From: Albugo candida
Lineage: Eukaryota
Direction of reading: 5' to 3'
DNA: 64,000 nucleotides
Assembly (NCBI GenBank): GCA_040437565.1
Contig: JBDOQK010000009.1
Span: 124,001-188,000, forward strand
Position 1 is the first letter of the stretch; every line of letters begins with the position of its first letter. This document shows, piece by piece, positions 24,822 through 36,959 of the stretch. A program made the translations under genes and the position numbers. The notes beneath the pieces were generated by a model. The model worked only from the letters and a program-made list of their open reading frames with translations, searched no databases and was not told where the DNA came from.

Positions 24822-25150
24822 TCGCAGCCAAAACAAACTTTTAGTCCCGTCCNNNNNNNNNNNNNNNNNNNNNNNNNNNNNNNNNNNNNNNNNNNNNNNN
24901 NNNNNNNNNNNNNNNNNNNNNNNNNNNNNNNNNNNNNNNNNNNNNNNNNNNNGGTGATCGCAGCCAAAACAAACTTTTAGTCCCGTCCATACTTTAACTT
25001 GAAATTTGTATGGAATTCACGCTCTTTTACCTTTCCAATGGCTCTATAAATACAAAATACAAACAAAATGCAATGTGCATTTCCGCGCAAATAAACTGAA
25101 AATTCACGTGTATTTTTGTCCATTTTTCTCTCGAAAAGTCTCAATTCTCT

Positions 25151-27167
25151 ATGAACGATTTGCATGATGCGCTACAGGACGCTCAGTACATTGGCGCCGT
25201 CACAAACGCTCTGCGTGGCCCAAGTGCTCCATTTTACACGCCAACACAAGCGGAATTGCAGCAATTCACATCCATGCAGGAGCAAACGTACGGGACGGAA
25301 TGGCTCCATCTCGAGAATCTCTTACATCAGCCATTGGGATTCTACTTTTTCAGTCGATATTGCGACGCGGAGCAGTATGGGAGTTCAAAGCTTCTTTTTT
25401 TGATTGAAATCACGAAATTCCGACAATTGCAATCCGATGATGCGCGTTTACTGCACGCAAACGAGATTTGGAATCGATTTTGCATCGATTCCAACGAGAA
25501 TTCTGATAAAGTATCCAACGCATTCCGTTCGAATTGCTCGACTTTGCCGTCGATCGGATCATTTTCCAAACAATTGAATGCCGCAGTATGCACAAATCAT
25601 CTCATTGTCTTTTGGCGGAAGGGAGAATCCACTTTGCGTCGAAGTGAGACGCATCAATTGTATCGCCAATCCGTTTCCGAGAAGAGTGTCATTGGAGTCA
25701 GTGGAGGTGTTCTCAATCGCATTGAAGCCATTCTGTCGATGTTTATAAAGCTCGAGCGTAAGCATCAGACACTCTCATCCACACGAAGTCTATCTCCTTC
25801 TTCCTTATCCGGAAAGACATCAGAAAGCAGTCCGAGATCCACGACATCGTCGTGTGAGGCGGTCATGAAGCCTGGACGTGAGCCGCACACGTTGAGATAT
25901 CTCTTTGATGAGCTGGAAGCTTGCGTTCTGTGGAGTCTGGAACATCTTCATTTCAAGGAATTTCGCGCCAGTGTGTTTTATAACCGTCTAAAGATTTTTC
26001 TCTTCCTGCAAAATCGACCGGTAAGTGACCAAGACTTTACAAAGCTTCGCGTGCTCGGAAGAGGAGGCTTTGGAATGGTGACTGGCTGTATCAAACGCAC
26101 ATCAGCTGCTCTGTACGCTGTCAAAGTGATGAATAAGAAAGTCATCAAACAAAAGCACGCAGAGCGTCTTTGTCTCGCTGAACGAAAGATCTTGGCCATG
26201 GTTTCCAGTCCCTTTATCGTCTGTCTAAAGTATGCGTTCCAGACACCAGAAGAGCTATATTTGGTGCTCGATCTTCGTACAGGCGGAGATCTCTCCTTCC
26301 ATTTGAATCGTTGTCGATTTACAGAGCAACAAGTCCAGTTTTGGGCCGCTCAGATCTTGCTTGCATTGGAGCATTTACATGCGAAAAACATTGCGTATCG
26401 CGATCTCAAGCCGGAGAATATCTTACTGGATGAGAATGGGAATTGCAGCTTATCGGATTTGGGTTTGGCGATCGAAGTGACGTCAACACTGACAGGACGA
26501 TGCGGGACACGCGGATATTGGGCTCCCGAGATGCTTCTTCGAGATGTAAATAACCAGAGGATCGCATACACCAAAGTCGTCGACTGGTGGAGCTATGGCT
26601 GTCTCGTGTACGAGCTGTTGTATGGAAAATGCCCATTCCGAACTTCACGCGCCAAAGCTCTTCACGAGGACAAACAGATCGCTTACGACAAAGCGACTTT
26701 GGAATTGACTCCTCTGTACGATCCAAAATACTTTTCCCCACAAGCCACATACTTTATTCAAAGTACGTGATATTGCGCTCCCTTCCTCCTCGCTGACAAC
26801 AGATTCCTCAGAGCTGCTTGTACGCGATCCCAAGAAAAGGCTCGGGGCTCATGGAGCCGTTGAAATTCGTAAACAAAAGTTTTTTTCATCGATTGATTGG
26901 GTACAAATTGAATCCATGTCGATATCTCCTCCATTTGTGCCACATAACGAGCTGAATGCGGCCTCACAAAGCGATATCGGGTCTTTTGACATTTCTTCCA
27001 TAAGCGGTGTCCAATTGAATGATCAGGATAGAGAATTATACGCTTCGTGGGCATACACGAGTCCTGATGTGTTCCAGAAGGAATCCATTGAGTATTTAGA
27101 GTGGGAAAGTCGACATGGACCGTGTTCCGTGGCGTCCAATTCGCAGGCGTGTTGCACCCTATTATAG
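25151..27167 (+). CDS. GRK: G protein-coupled receptor kinase (RGS-homology plus AGC kinase domain, C-terminal CaaX)
   Basis: N-terminal MNDLHDALQDAQYI; RH domain LHQPLGFYFFSRYC; kinase motifs LGRGGFGMV, YRDLKPENILL, SDLGLA and GTRGYWAPE; intron 26763-26811; ends in QACCTLL. Confidence 0.9.
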
Positions 27168-27231
27168 ACGAATTTAGAGTGTTTGCACGTAATTCCTAAT
27201 TTAGAGTGATCATACCTTATTCCATAAAACG

Positions 27232-28991
27232 ATGCGTTGGGGCTTCCAAAGCGCTTCCATGTTGACTCGTCTTCAGAGACGTATTCCAACGATCCATCGA
27301 TCTCTCAGTTTCTTGTCTGGACTTCCAGAAGAGCATGTAATGCTGCGTGATATGGTACATCAATATGTGTCCAAGAATCTCGCACCAATCGCTGGAGAAC
27401 TCGATCGAGAGCATCGATTCCCAAAGAAACAGATTCAAGAGCTCGGTGAAATGGGATTGATGGGAATTGATATTGAAGAGAAATACGGTGGTGCAGGTCT
27501 TGATTATCTCGCATACGCCGTCGCATTGGAACAAGTGAGTCGCGGGTGTGCTTCGACTTGCATCATATTGAGTGTCCACAGTGTGCGTATTTGCGTTTGG
27601 ATGTAATTACAAAAGTGACCCATTCCTTTTGCAGTCGCTTTTTTGCGGTCCAATTGCACAATTCGGAACCGAAGAGCAAAAGGTTTGCTGAAATTGCGTC
27701 GCTGTTGAAATCTGATTCGATGTCCACAGCAAAAACATCTGATTCCATTCGCTTCCGGTAAGAAATTGGGGTGCTTTGGATTGACAGAGCCGGGAAATGG
27801 GAGTGATGCTGGAGCTGCTTCTACAACTGCTCGCGAGACTGATGACGGGTTTGTGATAAATGGGACGAAAGCGTGGACCACAAATGCTCATGAAGGCGAC
27901 CAAGTGATTATATTTGCGACTACGGATAAAGCTCAAAAACACAAAGGAATCAGTGCGTTTATCGTACCGATGAAGACGCCGGGATTCTCACTCGGGAAGA
28001 AGGAAGATAAGCTTGGAATTCGGGCTTCGTCCACTGCGAATTTGATTCTCGAAGATGTTCATATTCCAAAGGAGAATTTGCTCGGACGTCGTGGCGAAGG
28101 ATTCAAAATTGCAATGGTACCACAACGCTCTTCGAGGATGTAATTGGAATCGATGGTTGCTCTGGTTGTAGATCACGCTGGATGCCGGTCGGATCGGTGT
28201 TGCTGCTCAGGCACTTGGAATCGCTCAAGCTTCTCTTGATTGTGCCATTCGATACGCNNNNNNNNNNNNNNNNNNNNNNNNNNNNNNNNNNNNNNNNNNN
28301 NNNNNNNNNNNNNNNNNNNNNNNNNNNNNNNNNNNNNNNNNNNNNNNNNNNNNNNNNTCACTCGGGAAGAAGGAAGATAAGCTTGGAATTCGGGCTTCGT
28401 CCACTGCGAATTTGATTCTCGAAGATGTTCATATTCCAAAGGAGAATTTGCTCGGACGTCGTGGCGAAGGATTCAAAATTGCAATGGTACCACAACGCTC
28501 TTCGAGGATGTAATTGGAATCGATGGTTGCTCTGGTTGTAGATCACGCTGGATGCCGGTCGGATCGGTGTTGCTGCTCAGGCACTTGGAATCGCTCAAGC
28601 TTCTCTTGATTGTGCCATTCGATACGCACATCAGCGTAAGGCATTTGGCCAAGTCCTTGCGAAAAATTCGATCATTCAATCGAAATTGGCAGATATGGCG
28701 ATGGAGATCGAATCTGCACGCCTGCTGACGTATAAGGCGGCAATGGATAAGGATAACGGTCTTCCGATCACTAAGATCGCAGCTATGGCCAAGTTGAAAG
28801 CATCCGAGGTCGCGACGATGTGTGCTCATCAAGCCATTCAAATCTTGGGAGGAATGGGATATGTCTCCGACATGCCGGCAGAACGACATTACCGCGACGC
28901 ACGAATCACAGAGATCTATGAAGGAACGTCTGAGATCCAGCGTTTGGTGATTGCCACATCGCTTAACAAGGAGTTTGCACAACTCAACTAG
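27232..28991 (+). CDS. ACADS: Short-chain-type acyl-CoA dehydrogenase, mitochondrial (3 introns)
   Basis: Transit-peptide-like N-terminus; motifs [47 protein letters not shown] and [17 protein letters not shown]; part is duplicated across the gap at 28258-28357. Confidence 0.92.
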
Positions 28992-29035
28992 TCCAAGTGA
29001 GCTCAAGAGCGATCAAAATGCATGTACCCGAGTCT

Positions 29036-29452
29036 TTATAATTGCTGTAATTGAGAGTTATCATCGAATAAACTCATCTCATCAATCTCGCTGTCACTAC
29101 TGCAGTATCTTGCACAGAAGAGACTCGAAGATTCCGTCTGGAGCATTTCTGGTTCTTCTATTGGAAATCAGAGTCAGTAGACATAGTGGAGCCTTACTCT
29201 GCATGGAGACGTACGTTGTATCATCCTATCCAGCGTATCTCGGATTCCCGCTGTCTCAGTGCCGAGCGATTCCGCCATTTTCATAATTTGCGTTACCGTC
29301 GTTTGTACCCTTCCAAGCTCTTGTTGCTGTTCCACGAGGAGCAATGACAGTTCCACAAGCGTTTTCTTTGCGAGTGCGTCGGAAAATAACGTTTTTTGTG
29401 TCGTTTTTGCGTACAGAACGCTCATAAACGAGTCACTTGACGCCATTGTCAT
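29036..29452 (-). CDS. Small hypothetical coiled-coil protein (1 intron)
   Basis: MTMASSDSF...DTLDRMIQ joined by a GTACGT...AATAG intron to an exon ending DDNSQLQQL*. Confidence 0.45.
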
Positions 29453-29884
29453 TTTTGCGCGTTTTTCGGGCGGAATGAGAGTTTGAGTGTCTTTTTGAGT
29501 GTTTTTCTGATGCGTTATCGTATTTTTGTGTGTTTTCCACGCAGTGTGGTCAAACGCTCTCCGCATTTTGAATTTGCGTCCTCGACAACTATTTCAGACG
29601 CAAAAAGCGGTAAACGAGCGAATTAGAGCCATTTTAAGCGTACGGTCCACAGCGTATCCATGAACCGCTTTCCAAGTCGATCTCTATCGCGTCTTTGTCC
29701 TTAATGTGCTCCTTTTTCGCGTCATAAAGCTCTCGCGACCAAACGCTCCGCATTTTTACTGCAACTTCAAGTATAACGTATGAGAGGTGCTATTTGAAGT
29801 GTACATAACATATGCTTCCATACAGGTACTAATATACCGGTATAAAGATCGGTAACCGCGTACCTTTTGGCGGCGTGCCGCGTA

Positions 29885-32475
29885 ATGAGCGTCGATATCG
29901 ATCGTATGGAGCGAGAAATCCATCAAATGAGAGTGCGATTCGCACCGGAATGTCACAGTCCACCCGGTAATCGATACAAAGACTCTATTACCATTGGTAC
30001 GAGGTGGAATACATCGTTTTTTATCTTTATTTTCGGCTTTAGACAACGACAATACGTTCCGGGCATCAACACACACGAAATCACTTGTACGCGTCGATTT
30101 TACCATACATTCAATCCGTAACTCTTCGTGAACGCAAAAAAGAGCACCGCATCCATTCAATGTGCGCCGGTAGCCTCCCAATCGGACTCTAAAGCCATTC
30201 CNNNNNNNNNNNNNNNNNNNNNNNNNNNNNNNNNNNNNNNNNNNNNNNNNNNNNNNNNNNNNNNNNNNNNNNNNNNNNNNNNNNNNNNNNNNNNNNNNNN
30301 NTAATCGATACAAAGACTCTATTACCATTGGTACGAGGTGGAATACATCGTTTTTTATCTTTATTTTCGGCTTTAGACAACGACAATACGTTCCGGGCAT
30401 CAACACACACGAAATCACTTGTACGCGTCGATTTTACCATACATTCAATCCGTAACTCTTCGTGAACGCAAAAAAGAGCACCGCATCCATTCAATGTGCG
30501 CCGGTAGCCTCCCAATCGGACTCTAAAGCCATTCCGAAGCAATTGGAAGACCCGGGCTTTCGACCAAAAGGTATCTTCTCCATGCAACAAGCTGATTTTA
30601 TGACTGAAAGCGATGCTGCAGACAGCGACACAATCAGTCAGGATGAAATCTACTTTGCATCGGATCTCGTAAAAGGAGATATCGCGACTTGTATCGGAAA
30701 ACGGAGCATTTCCGAGCTTTTTCGTGCGGCCAAAGATACCATCCAACAGCCAAATGAGAACAATTTCCACGTTGAACAGCATACTGAGCGCTTGCATGAC
30801 AACTGTGAATCTACCACTCGACTGGAAATGCTCGCTCAGCCTCGAACAAAGTTTTTCGCTGAGAACCAAAAACAGCGCTTAGTGAGAGAGGCCGAAATTC
30901 TTGGAGAATGTACTTTCCATCCAAATTTGGAGATTATCGAGACAAAAGATTGCACCAAATCGACTGGAAAGCAGCCAACTCCTCGATACCAATGGCTTTC
31001 AGAGCCAAAAACCACACAGAACGGCTTTAGTCAACGACAAAGCAGCGGCCAACATGTCAGCGAACGCCTTCATTTAGACAGCTCACTGCGGTATGAGCTT
31101 CGAGATCAAGCAAAACAGCAAATGGACGACTTTCTCCTTCATCAGGAGTGTACATTCAGGCCATGTATCAATCCCATCTCCAAACCGATCGCTCAGCCGC
31201 CTTTGTATGAACGTATTCCAACTATGAGACGTCAAAAGGTTTGCATACAAAAATCAAGTATAAATCCTGTCCTCAACCCATTTCGATAGGATGCAAAAAT
31301 GGAGCAATTACGTCGCGAATGTAATCAGGAGAATCGAGAATGCACATTCCATCCAGTAATCAGCGTCATGTCACGTAAACTAGCACGCATTCAAAACGAA
31401 TTCCACATAACTCGAGACTCACGACAAAAGTGCCTCAAGAAATTGGTGAGGATCTCCTCACGTCCCTCAGCGTCATTCATCGCTCTTTTCTTCCGTTTAG
31501 AAAGAGATCGAGACGTTCCATCCGACAATCAACAACGCGTCTAAGAAACTGATTCGCCATAGACCTGAATTCCAGCTGGATTTTGTATCCCGACAAACGT
31601 ATTTCCAGCATTCCGAGCGTCAAAAACACACTTTTGATACAAATCGCAAAGCCGAATCGATTCCAATCGATTCGAAATGCACATTCACACCGGATATCGG
31701 TAATGCAGATGCGATATTGCGTAAATTACGACCAGAAAGAGTCCATGAACCAGTCGACGTGCAAGTGTATCGAATGACGTACAAAGAGCCAAAAGAACGT
31801 CAAGCTCGCACACGAAAACTCCGACAGGAATCGACACAATGTACATTCAAACCACGCTTAAACACAGTGTCAAAAGCGCTGGGAAAGCCGACTCCATTGG
31901 AGGATTTGTCACGACCCAATCGACAGTCTTCCACGCTATTACGTCTGAATGGCTATGAGCTCATTTCAAAGGCTACAAAAGCGTCCAAGAAAGAGCGAGG
32001 CCTTGGACATTGCAACGAAACAGAGTCTCTTTGGCAGTCAGAAAAGCTTCTTCAGGTCATTGATGCAGAGAGAATACGACGTGAGAAGGATCTGGAGGCA
32101 AGACGACGTGAAAAAGCGGTGAATGAAATGAAGGAATGCACATTTCGACCGAAATTAAAGACCTCAAAACTTGTCAATGCAAAAGCTTCTTCTGAGCGTC
32201 CAATTATCGTCCGTGGACTGGAGCGATTTATGGAAAGTAGAGAGATGGCACGACAGAAGGAGAAACAGCAGCAAGCACGTGAGCATCGCGTCTTCTTTAC
32301 GAATTATAAGCCTCGAAAGTATACGATTCCAAAANNNNNNNNNNNNNNNNNNNNNNNNNNNNNNNNNNNNNNNNNNNNNNNNNNNNNNNNNNNNNNNNNN
32401 NNNNNNNNNNNNNNNNNNNNNNNNNNNNNNNNNNCTGTTAGAACGTTGTCATTGCAAAGGCTGTCAAAGCTTTGA
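29885..32475 (+). CDS. Multi-exon protein with about seven (E)CTFxP repeats; 3' end uncertain at the gap
   Basis: Repeats ECTFHP, ECTFRP, ECTFHP, ETFHP, KCTFTP, QCTFKP and ECTFRP in successive ORF pieces linked by short GT-AG introns. Confidence 0.65.
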
Positions 32476-33475
32476 CGTCGGAAGCATTTTTATCAATGAG
32501 CGCAAAAGTCGGCTGCTCGATGCAGTGAAGCGCGAGCTGGAGAGCTTAGCACTTCTGAAAAAATGATTGACAAATTCTCATTAGTTTATACGAATTTGAT
32601 GGAACGGGTTCTTGTACCATTATACCCACGTACTTCCCAAAAAACAACTTCATTTATACTCGCATTCTTTGTCTCTGATCCCACTTCGTCTTTACTACTT
32701 CTCAGAATATTACTTTCAGGATTTCCAGCGTTAAATATTGAAACACTGTGAGCAATGCTCACGGAGGCTACAGTGATTAAGTGCATCAAGTAAGTGCACC
32801 TTCAACCAACATTATGTGATCTTGATCAATGAAATGATTGGAAACGTACTACAACTTGCAATGTGTTCGGGATAAGTGATTGGAACGATTGCTGAGTGCC
32901 TAGCCCAGCGTGATGTGCTCTATTATGAAGAGTCGAGGTCAAGATCGAGATGGTGCGGCAGACTTTTATATATTTTTTATATCGTGCTATTGAACGCAAC
33001 GAGACATATAAATTGACACATCGAATAAGCAGATTCAAGTGATGCAGGAAGCACTCCATCTTAGGCGATAACAGAGTAAAAGTACGAGAACCCCTTTAGC
33101 GCTCATTCCTCTGGTCCTTGCTACTTACCACTGCATGGAAATCGCGCGTGTTCGATCACCCTCCGATGTACAATCGGTGAAGGGTAATCTCAAAGGTTAC
33201 TCAATCCAATTAAATTTGCGATGACGATGTGAATAGCGAATCGCGGAAGCATAAAGTTGGTCGCTGAAAACTGCTAAACGGCAATTCCACGAAATGAAAT
33301 GGGAGCGATATGAAAAGCCTTGAAGTCTGGAACTAAACCATGCTTTTAATTGGAGCCTGGTACTTGTAGTCGTAGGCAGTGCAATGAATGAAAGGTCAAA
33401 ATCTTTTTTTCAACGACCAAGTCGGTGTAAGTTTGGATCATTTTGATTGGAAGATGTTGTAATTGATATTATAAC

Positions 33476-35764
33476 ATGCTACATCGATCACAGCGCAAAG
33501 GTTTGCACAACGAAATCGGTGAAAATAATTGTTTTCTGAACGTTATCGTTCAGAGCTTATGGCACGTCCGATCCTTTCGAGCAATCATCGCCACTGGTGA
33601 ACATACCCCTTGTCATCGCACGCAGTTAGCAAATTTAAAGACAGGGGAGACTGTAGCGGACCCATGCTTACTTTGTGAATTAGAGCGTATTTTCATCGAT
33701 TACAAGTTCGGTAAAGCTTCCGTTTTGCATGTAACTTCCTTACGAGAAGCTTTAAGCAAACACTTTGAGTTGGGAGCAATGAACGACGCAACTGAAACAC
33801 TCGAAACAATCCTAGATACTTTGCACATTGATACTTTTCACCGCTTAAACAGAATGCGTCGTACGAGCGCTGGTCAAGATGAAAAATCTCAACTCACAGC
33901 TTCTATATCGAGCCAAGTGTCGGCACTAAGTTGCGAGCCGTATTGTATTGCACATCTTTTATTCCAGATGAACTTAATGGAACTAAGTACTTGTCTACAA
34001 TGTCACGAAATGGAAGAGCCGGTAATGAACAGTGACTTTTTATATCGAGTCTATGCCGGAGAGATCCTCAGAAACTGTCAACGTGAATACTCATTTGAGC
34101 AATTACTACGAATTGGAGCTCAGGAAGAGATTGGTGAGGGAGAAGGCGAATCCGGCAGACGGAAATGTTTACGCTGTTCTAATGGAAGCTTGCAGTTCTC
34201 TCGTTGGATTTTAACGCTTCCCATGGTATTTGCAATCAGCGTTATCTGGCCATGTACCACTGTGAGTCATTTTGATATTGAAAAGCTCATGAGACTTTTG
34301 TCTACTCAACAAGCGCAATGCAGCAACGATGAACCGCTTTTACAGCGTCAGGTATTGGACCTGGATAAAATATTTCGGCTTGCAGACCGTGAGAAGCATA
34401 CTGAACCCAATACAAATGTGTCGATGTCGTCCGAGTATTATTTCCGAGGTATGGTGTGTTATTACGGTCAACATTACGTTGGTTTTTTTGCCAGTCGAAG
34501 TATACAACAAGGCAATTACGTTGAGCTGTGGTATCTTTTCGATGATACACGGGTCAAATGCGTTGGAGGTTGGAATGATGTGCGTCAGCGAGTCGAGAGA
34601 GGTCGTTACCAGCCAACTTTATTGTTTTATGAGCGGAACGATGTGAAAGAAGAAGATCTGGAACGAATGGCGACCGGGATACAGCAGTGGTGGAAGTACA
34701 CTAATACGTCGACGAACAAAGTCGAAAATGAAGACTCTCTGGTTTCTGTAAACTCTGGAGCGAATACATCAATAATTTCACCAGCCCAATCACTACAGCA
34801 TACACCGCGGCCACCAGAAGCAAATCAGCAAAGCCAGGTAGAACGGAGCAATAAGAAGCATCTAAAAAAGCTTCCAACCAGTCCAATTCAATCACTTCGT
34901 GACATCTCGTGGGACAATTCAAAAAGTAATTGGAATGCGCATACAAATTGGGCGCAAGAAAAAGAACAAATCGAACTCATGCACCACTCTGCGGAGAAAA
35001 CACTCGACAGGCTGACAGCATTGCTTGGTTCAACGCAATCTACGGATAGTACAGCCGTCCAGAATTCTTCAAATACAGTTTCTATCGATTTGTTGCGCAT
35101 GAGCAACCGATTTCGTCCTCCAACGGAGCTATTATCAGCCAGTCATATGCGAATAACAGCACGACGAGAATACTCAGCTACAAGGCCTCCCAGAAATGAG
35201 CAAGCGGATTGGATCGATCGCGATGCAATTTTTGAGGATGTCGAGTCCCGAACCGATCGTCAATCTCTAATAGAAAATCAAGATCGAGATGAGAAAAAAG
35301 AACAAACTCGCTCGAGTTCTGATATAAACGCAGAAGTGAATGTATCGATCAATGTGTACGATATCGAGTGCAACGCGTCGGATGGTGGTCTTGGCGTTAT
35401 CTTGTCACCTGTATCGGAGCAAGTGCTCAAATGTTTCAAAACATTAGATTCACGTGTTCCAAAATATCAGATCAGCGCATTTGAACGAAATGGGCTCGGT
35501 CAGACTCTCTGGGTTGAGTCTAGTGGAAAAGTCAATATTGGAGATGGAATACTTGCTATACAGGATCATTGGATCAAGGAGGATACTTATTACGAGGTAT
35601 TGGAGCTTTTATGGACCTCAAAGAATCCAGTAAAGCTCACGCTTGCTCGGATTGGCTCCTGGCACTGTCCTCACTGCACGCTGATAAACCCGGTGGCACT
35701 CCTCATCTGTGCCGCATGTGGACTTCAAGTGCGCTATTTTAATATCGATATCAGTGATGACTGA
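33476..35764 (+). CDS. USP53/54-like ubiquitin-specific protease with a C-terminal PDZ-like domain and RanBP2/NZF zinc finger
   Basis: Cys box GLHNEIGENNCFLNVIVQSLWH; His box MVCYYGQHYVGF...WYLFDD; PDZ-like GGLGVIL...GKVNIGDGILAI; WHCPHCTLINPVALLICAACG; possible terminal intron 35729-35800 adding RKGL*. Confidence 0.85.
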   Translation: MLHRSQRKGLHNEIGENNCFLNVIVQSLWHVRSFRAIIATGEHTPCHRTQLANLKTGETVADPCLLCELERIFIDYKFGKASVLHVTSLREALSKHFELGAMNDATETLETILDTLHIDTFHRLNRMRRTSAGQDEKSQLTASISSQVSALSCEPYCIAHLLFQMNLMELSTCLQCHEMEEPVMNSDFLYRVYAGEILRNCQREYSFEQLLRIGAQEEIGEGEGESGRRKCLRCSNGSLQFSRWILTLPMVFAISVIWPCTTVSHFDIEKLMRLLSTQQAQCSNDEPLLQRQVLDLDKIFRLADREKHTEPNTNVSMSSEYYFRGMVCYYGQHYVGFFASRSIQQGNYVELWYLFDDTRVKCVGGWNDVRQRVERGRYQPTLLFYERNDVKEEDLERMATGIQQWWKYTNTSTNKVENEDSLVSVNSGANTSIISPAQSLQHTPRPPEANQQSQVERSNKKHLKKLPTSPIQSLRDISWDNSKSNWNAHTNWAQEKEQIELMHHSAEKTLDRLTALLGSTQSTDSTAVQNSSNTVSIDLLRMSNRFRPPTELLSASHMRITARREYSATRPPRNEQADWIDRDAIFEDVESRTDRQSLIENQDRDEKKEQTRSSSDINAEVNVSINVYDIECNASDGGLGVILSPVSEQVLKCFKTLDSRVPKYQISAFERNGLGQTLWVESSGKVNIGDGILAIQDHWIKEDTYYEVLELLWTSKNPVKLTLARIGSWHCPHCTLINPVALLICAACGLQVRYFNIDISDD

Positions 35765-36959
35765 GTAGACGATATGGTTACACATACCTGCTTTATGTAG
35801 CGAAAAGGGCTGTAGAGTACGCGACTGGGGCTATTAACCTAATGCTCGTTTATCAGATCTTGGTCTCCTCATAGAGTCTGTTTATTCGGCTGTGATCTGC
35901 CAGTAGTGCATGCGCCATGTGGCTAATATTCATAACCTTGTCATCCTTATCTAGTTTTTCTCATGCCAAGTATACAAATTCGTGGTAAAAGCTCAGCAGG
36001 GAGCGCAACGGGCTTGACCTACCCCTTTCCACCCTCTAAGTACTCACTTAAAGTTACACTTTTACTCGAGGCACCTTACGCTTCGAGTCGAGAAAATCGC
36101 TCGATCACAAGCCAAAGTCGATATTATCATTTGAGCATTGGAACAACTTTGCTCTACTTTTGTTAACGCTATTAAAATCTGTCGCAATTCTCACTTGTCG
36201 TAGCTTCGCAATCCTCAGAAAAAATGGCTCACATCATGGACGCACGTATGATGATTAATATGCGCTCATCGGATCTTCCTTCTAGAAGTAATGCACTTCG
36301 AAAACGGAATTCCACTCAGGTTTCATCCGATATGGCGACTCGTAATGGATCATGTGTTGAATCAAAAAAGGATAAAGATTCTCCTGTAGCGGACACATCG
36401 AGCACTTCAAGGCAATCGAGATTCAGCCGATTGACCTTGTCGAACAAGACCAAAGACACATCTGCTTCTCATCTATCTTCTAGAGCCTCAAGAAAGTCTC
36501 AATATGCCACTGGAAACACGTTAGCAATGGCGCGTCCCAATTTGATCGATTTGAAAACGATATCCTCAGAAACTGTAGAGTGGGAGGGTTATCTTTATAA
36601 ACAGCGTAAACTGGTGAAAAGCTGGACACCAAGATACGTAACTCTCCACGATAGTACGATTAAGGTTTATAAATCAAAAGCGCACGCTATTGCAAAAGGT
36701 CCGATGCGAGGGTCTTGGTCGATCACTCAAATAAACTCAGAGTTACCTTCCACCGGATTCGGTGCGGCTAAACTACAGCCTGATGTATGTGGCTTCACCA
36801 TTGTAGCGACTGACGGTAGTCAAATCCATCTAATCGCTTGGTCACCTCTGGTCAAAGCANNNNNNNNNNNNNNNNNNNNNNNNNNNNNNNNNNNNNNNNN
36901 NNNNNNNNNNNNNNNNNNNNNNNNNNNNNNNNNNNNNNNNNNNNNNNNNNNNNNNNNNN

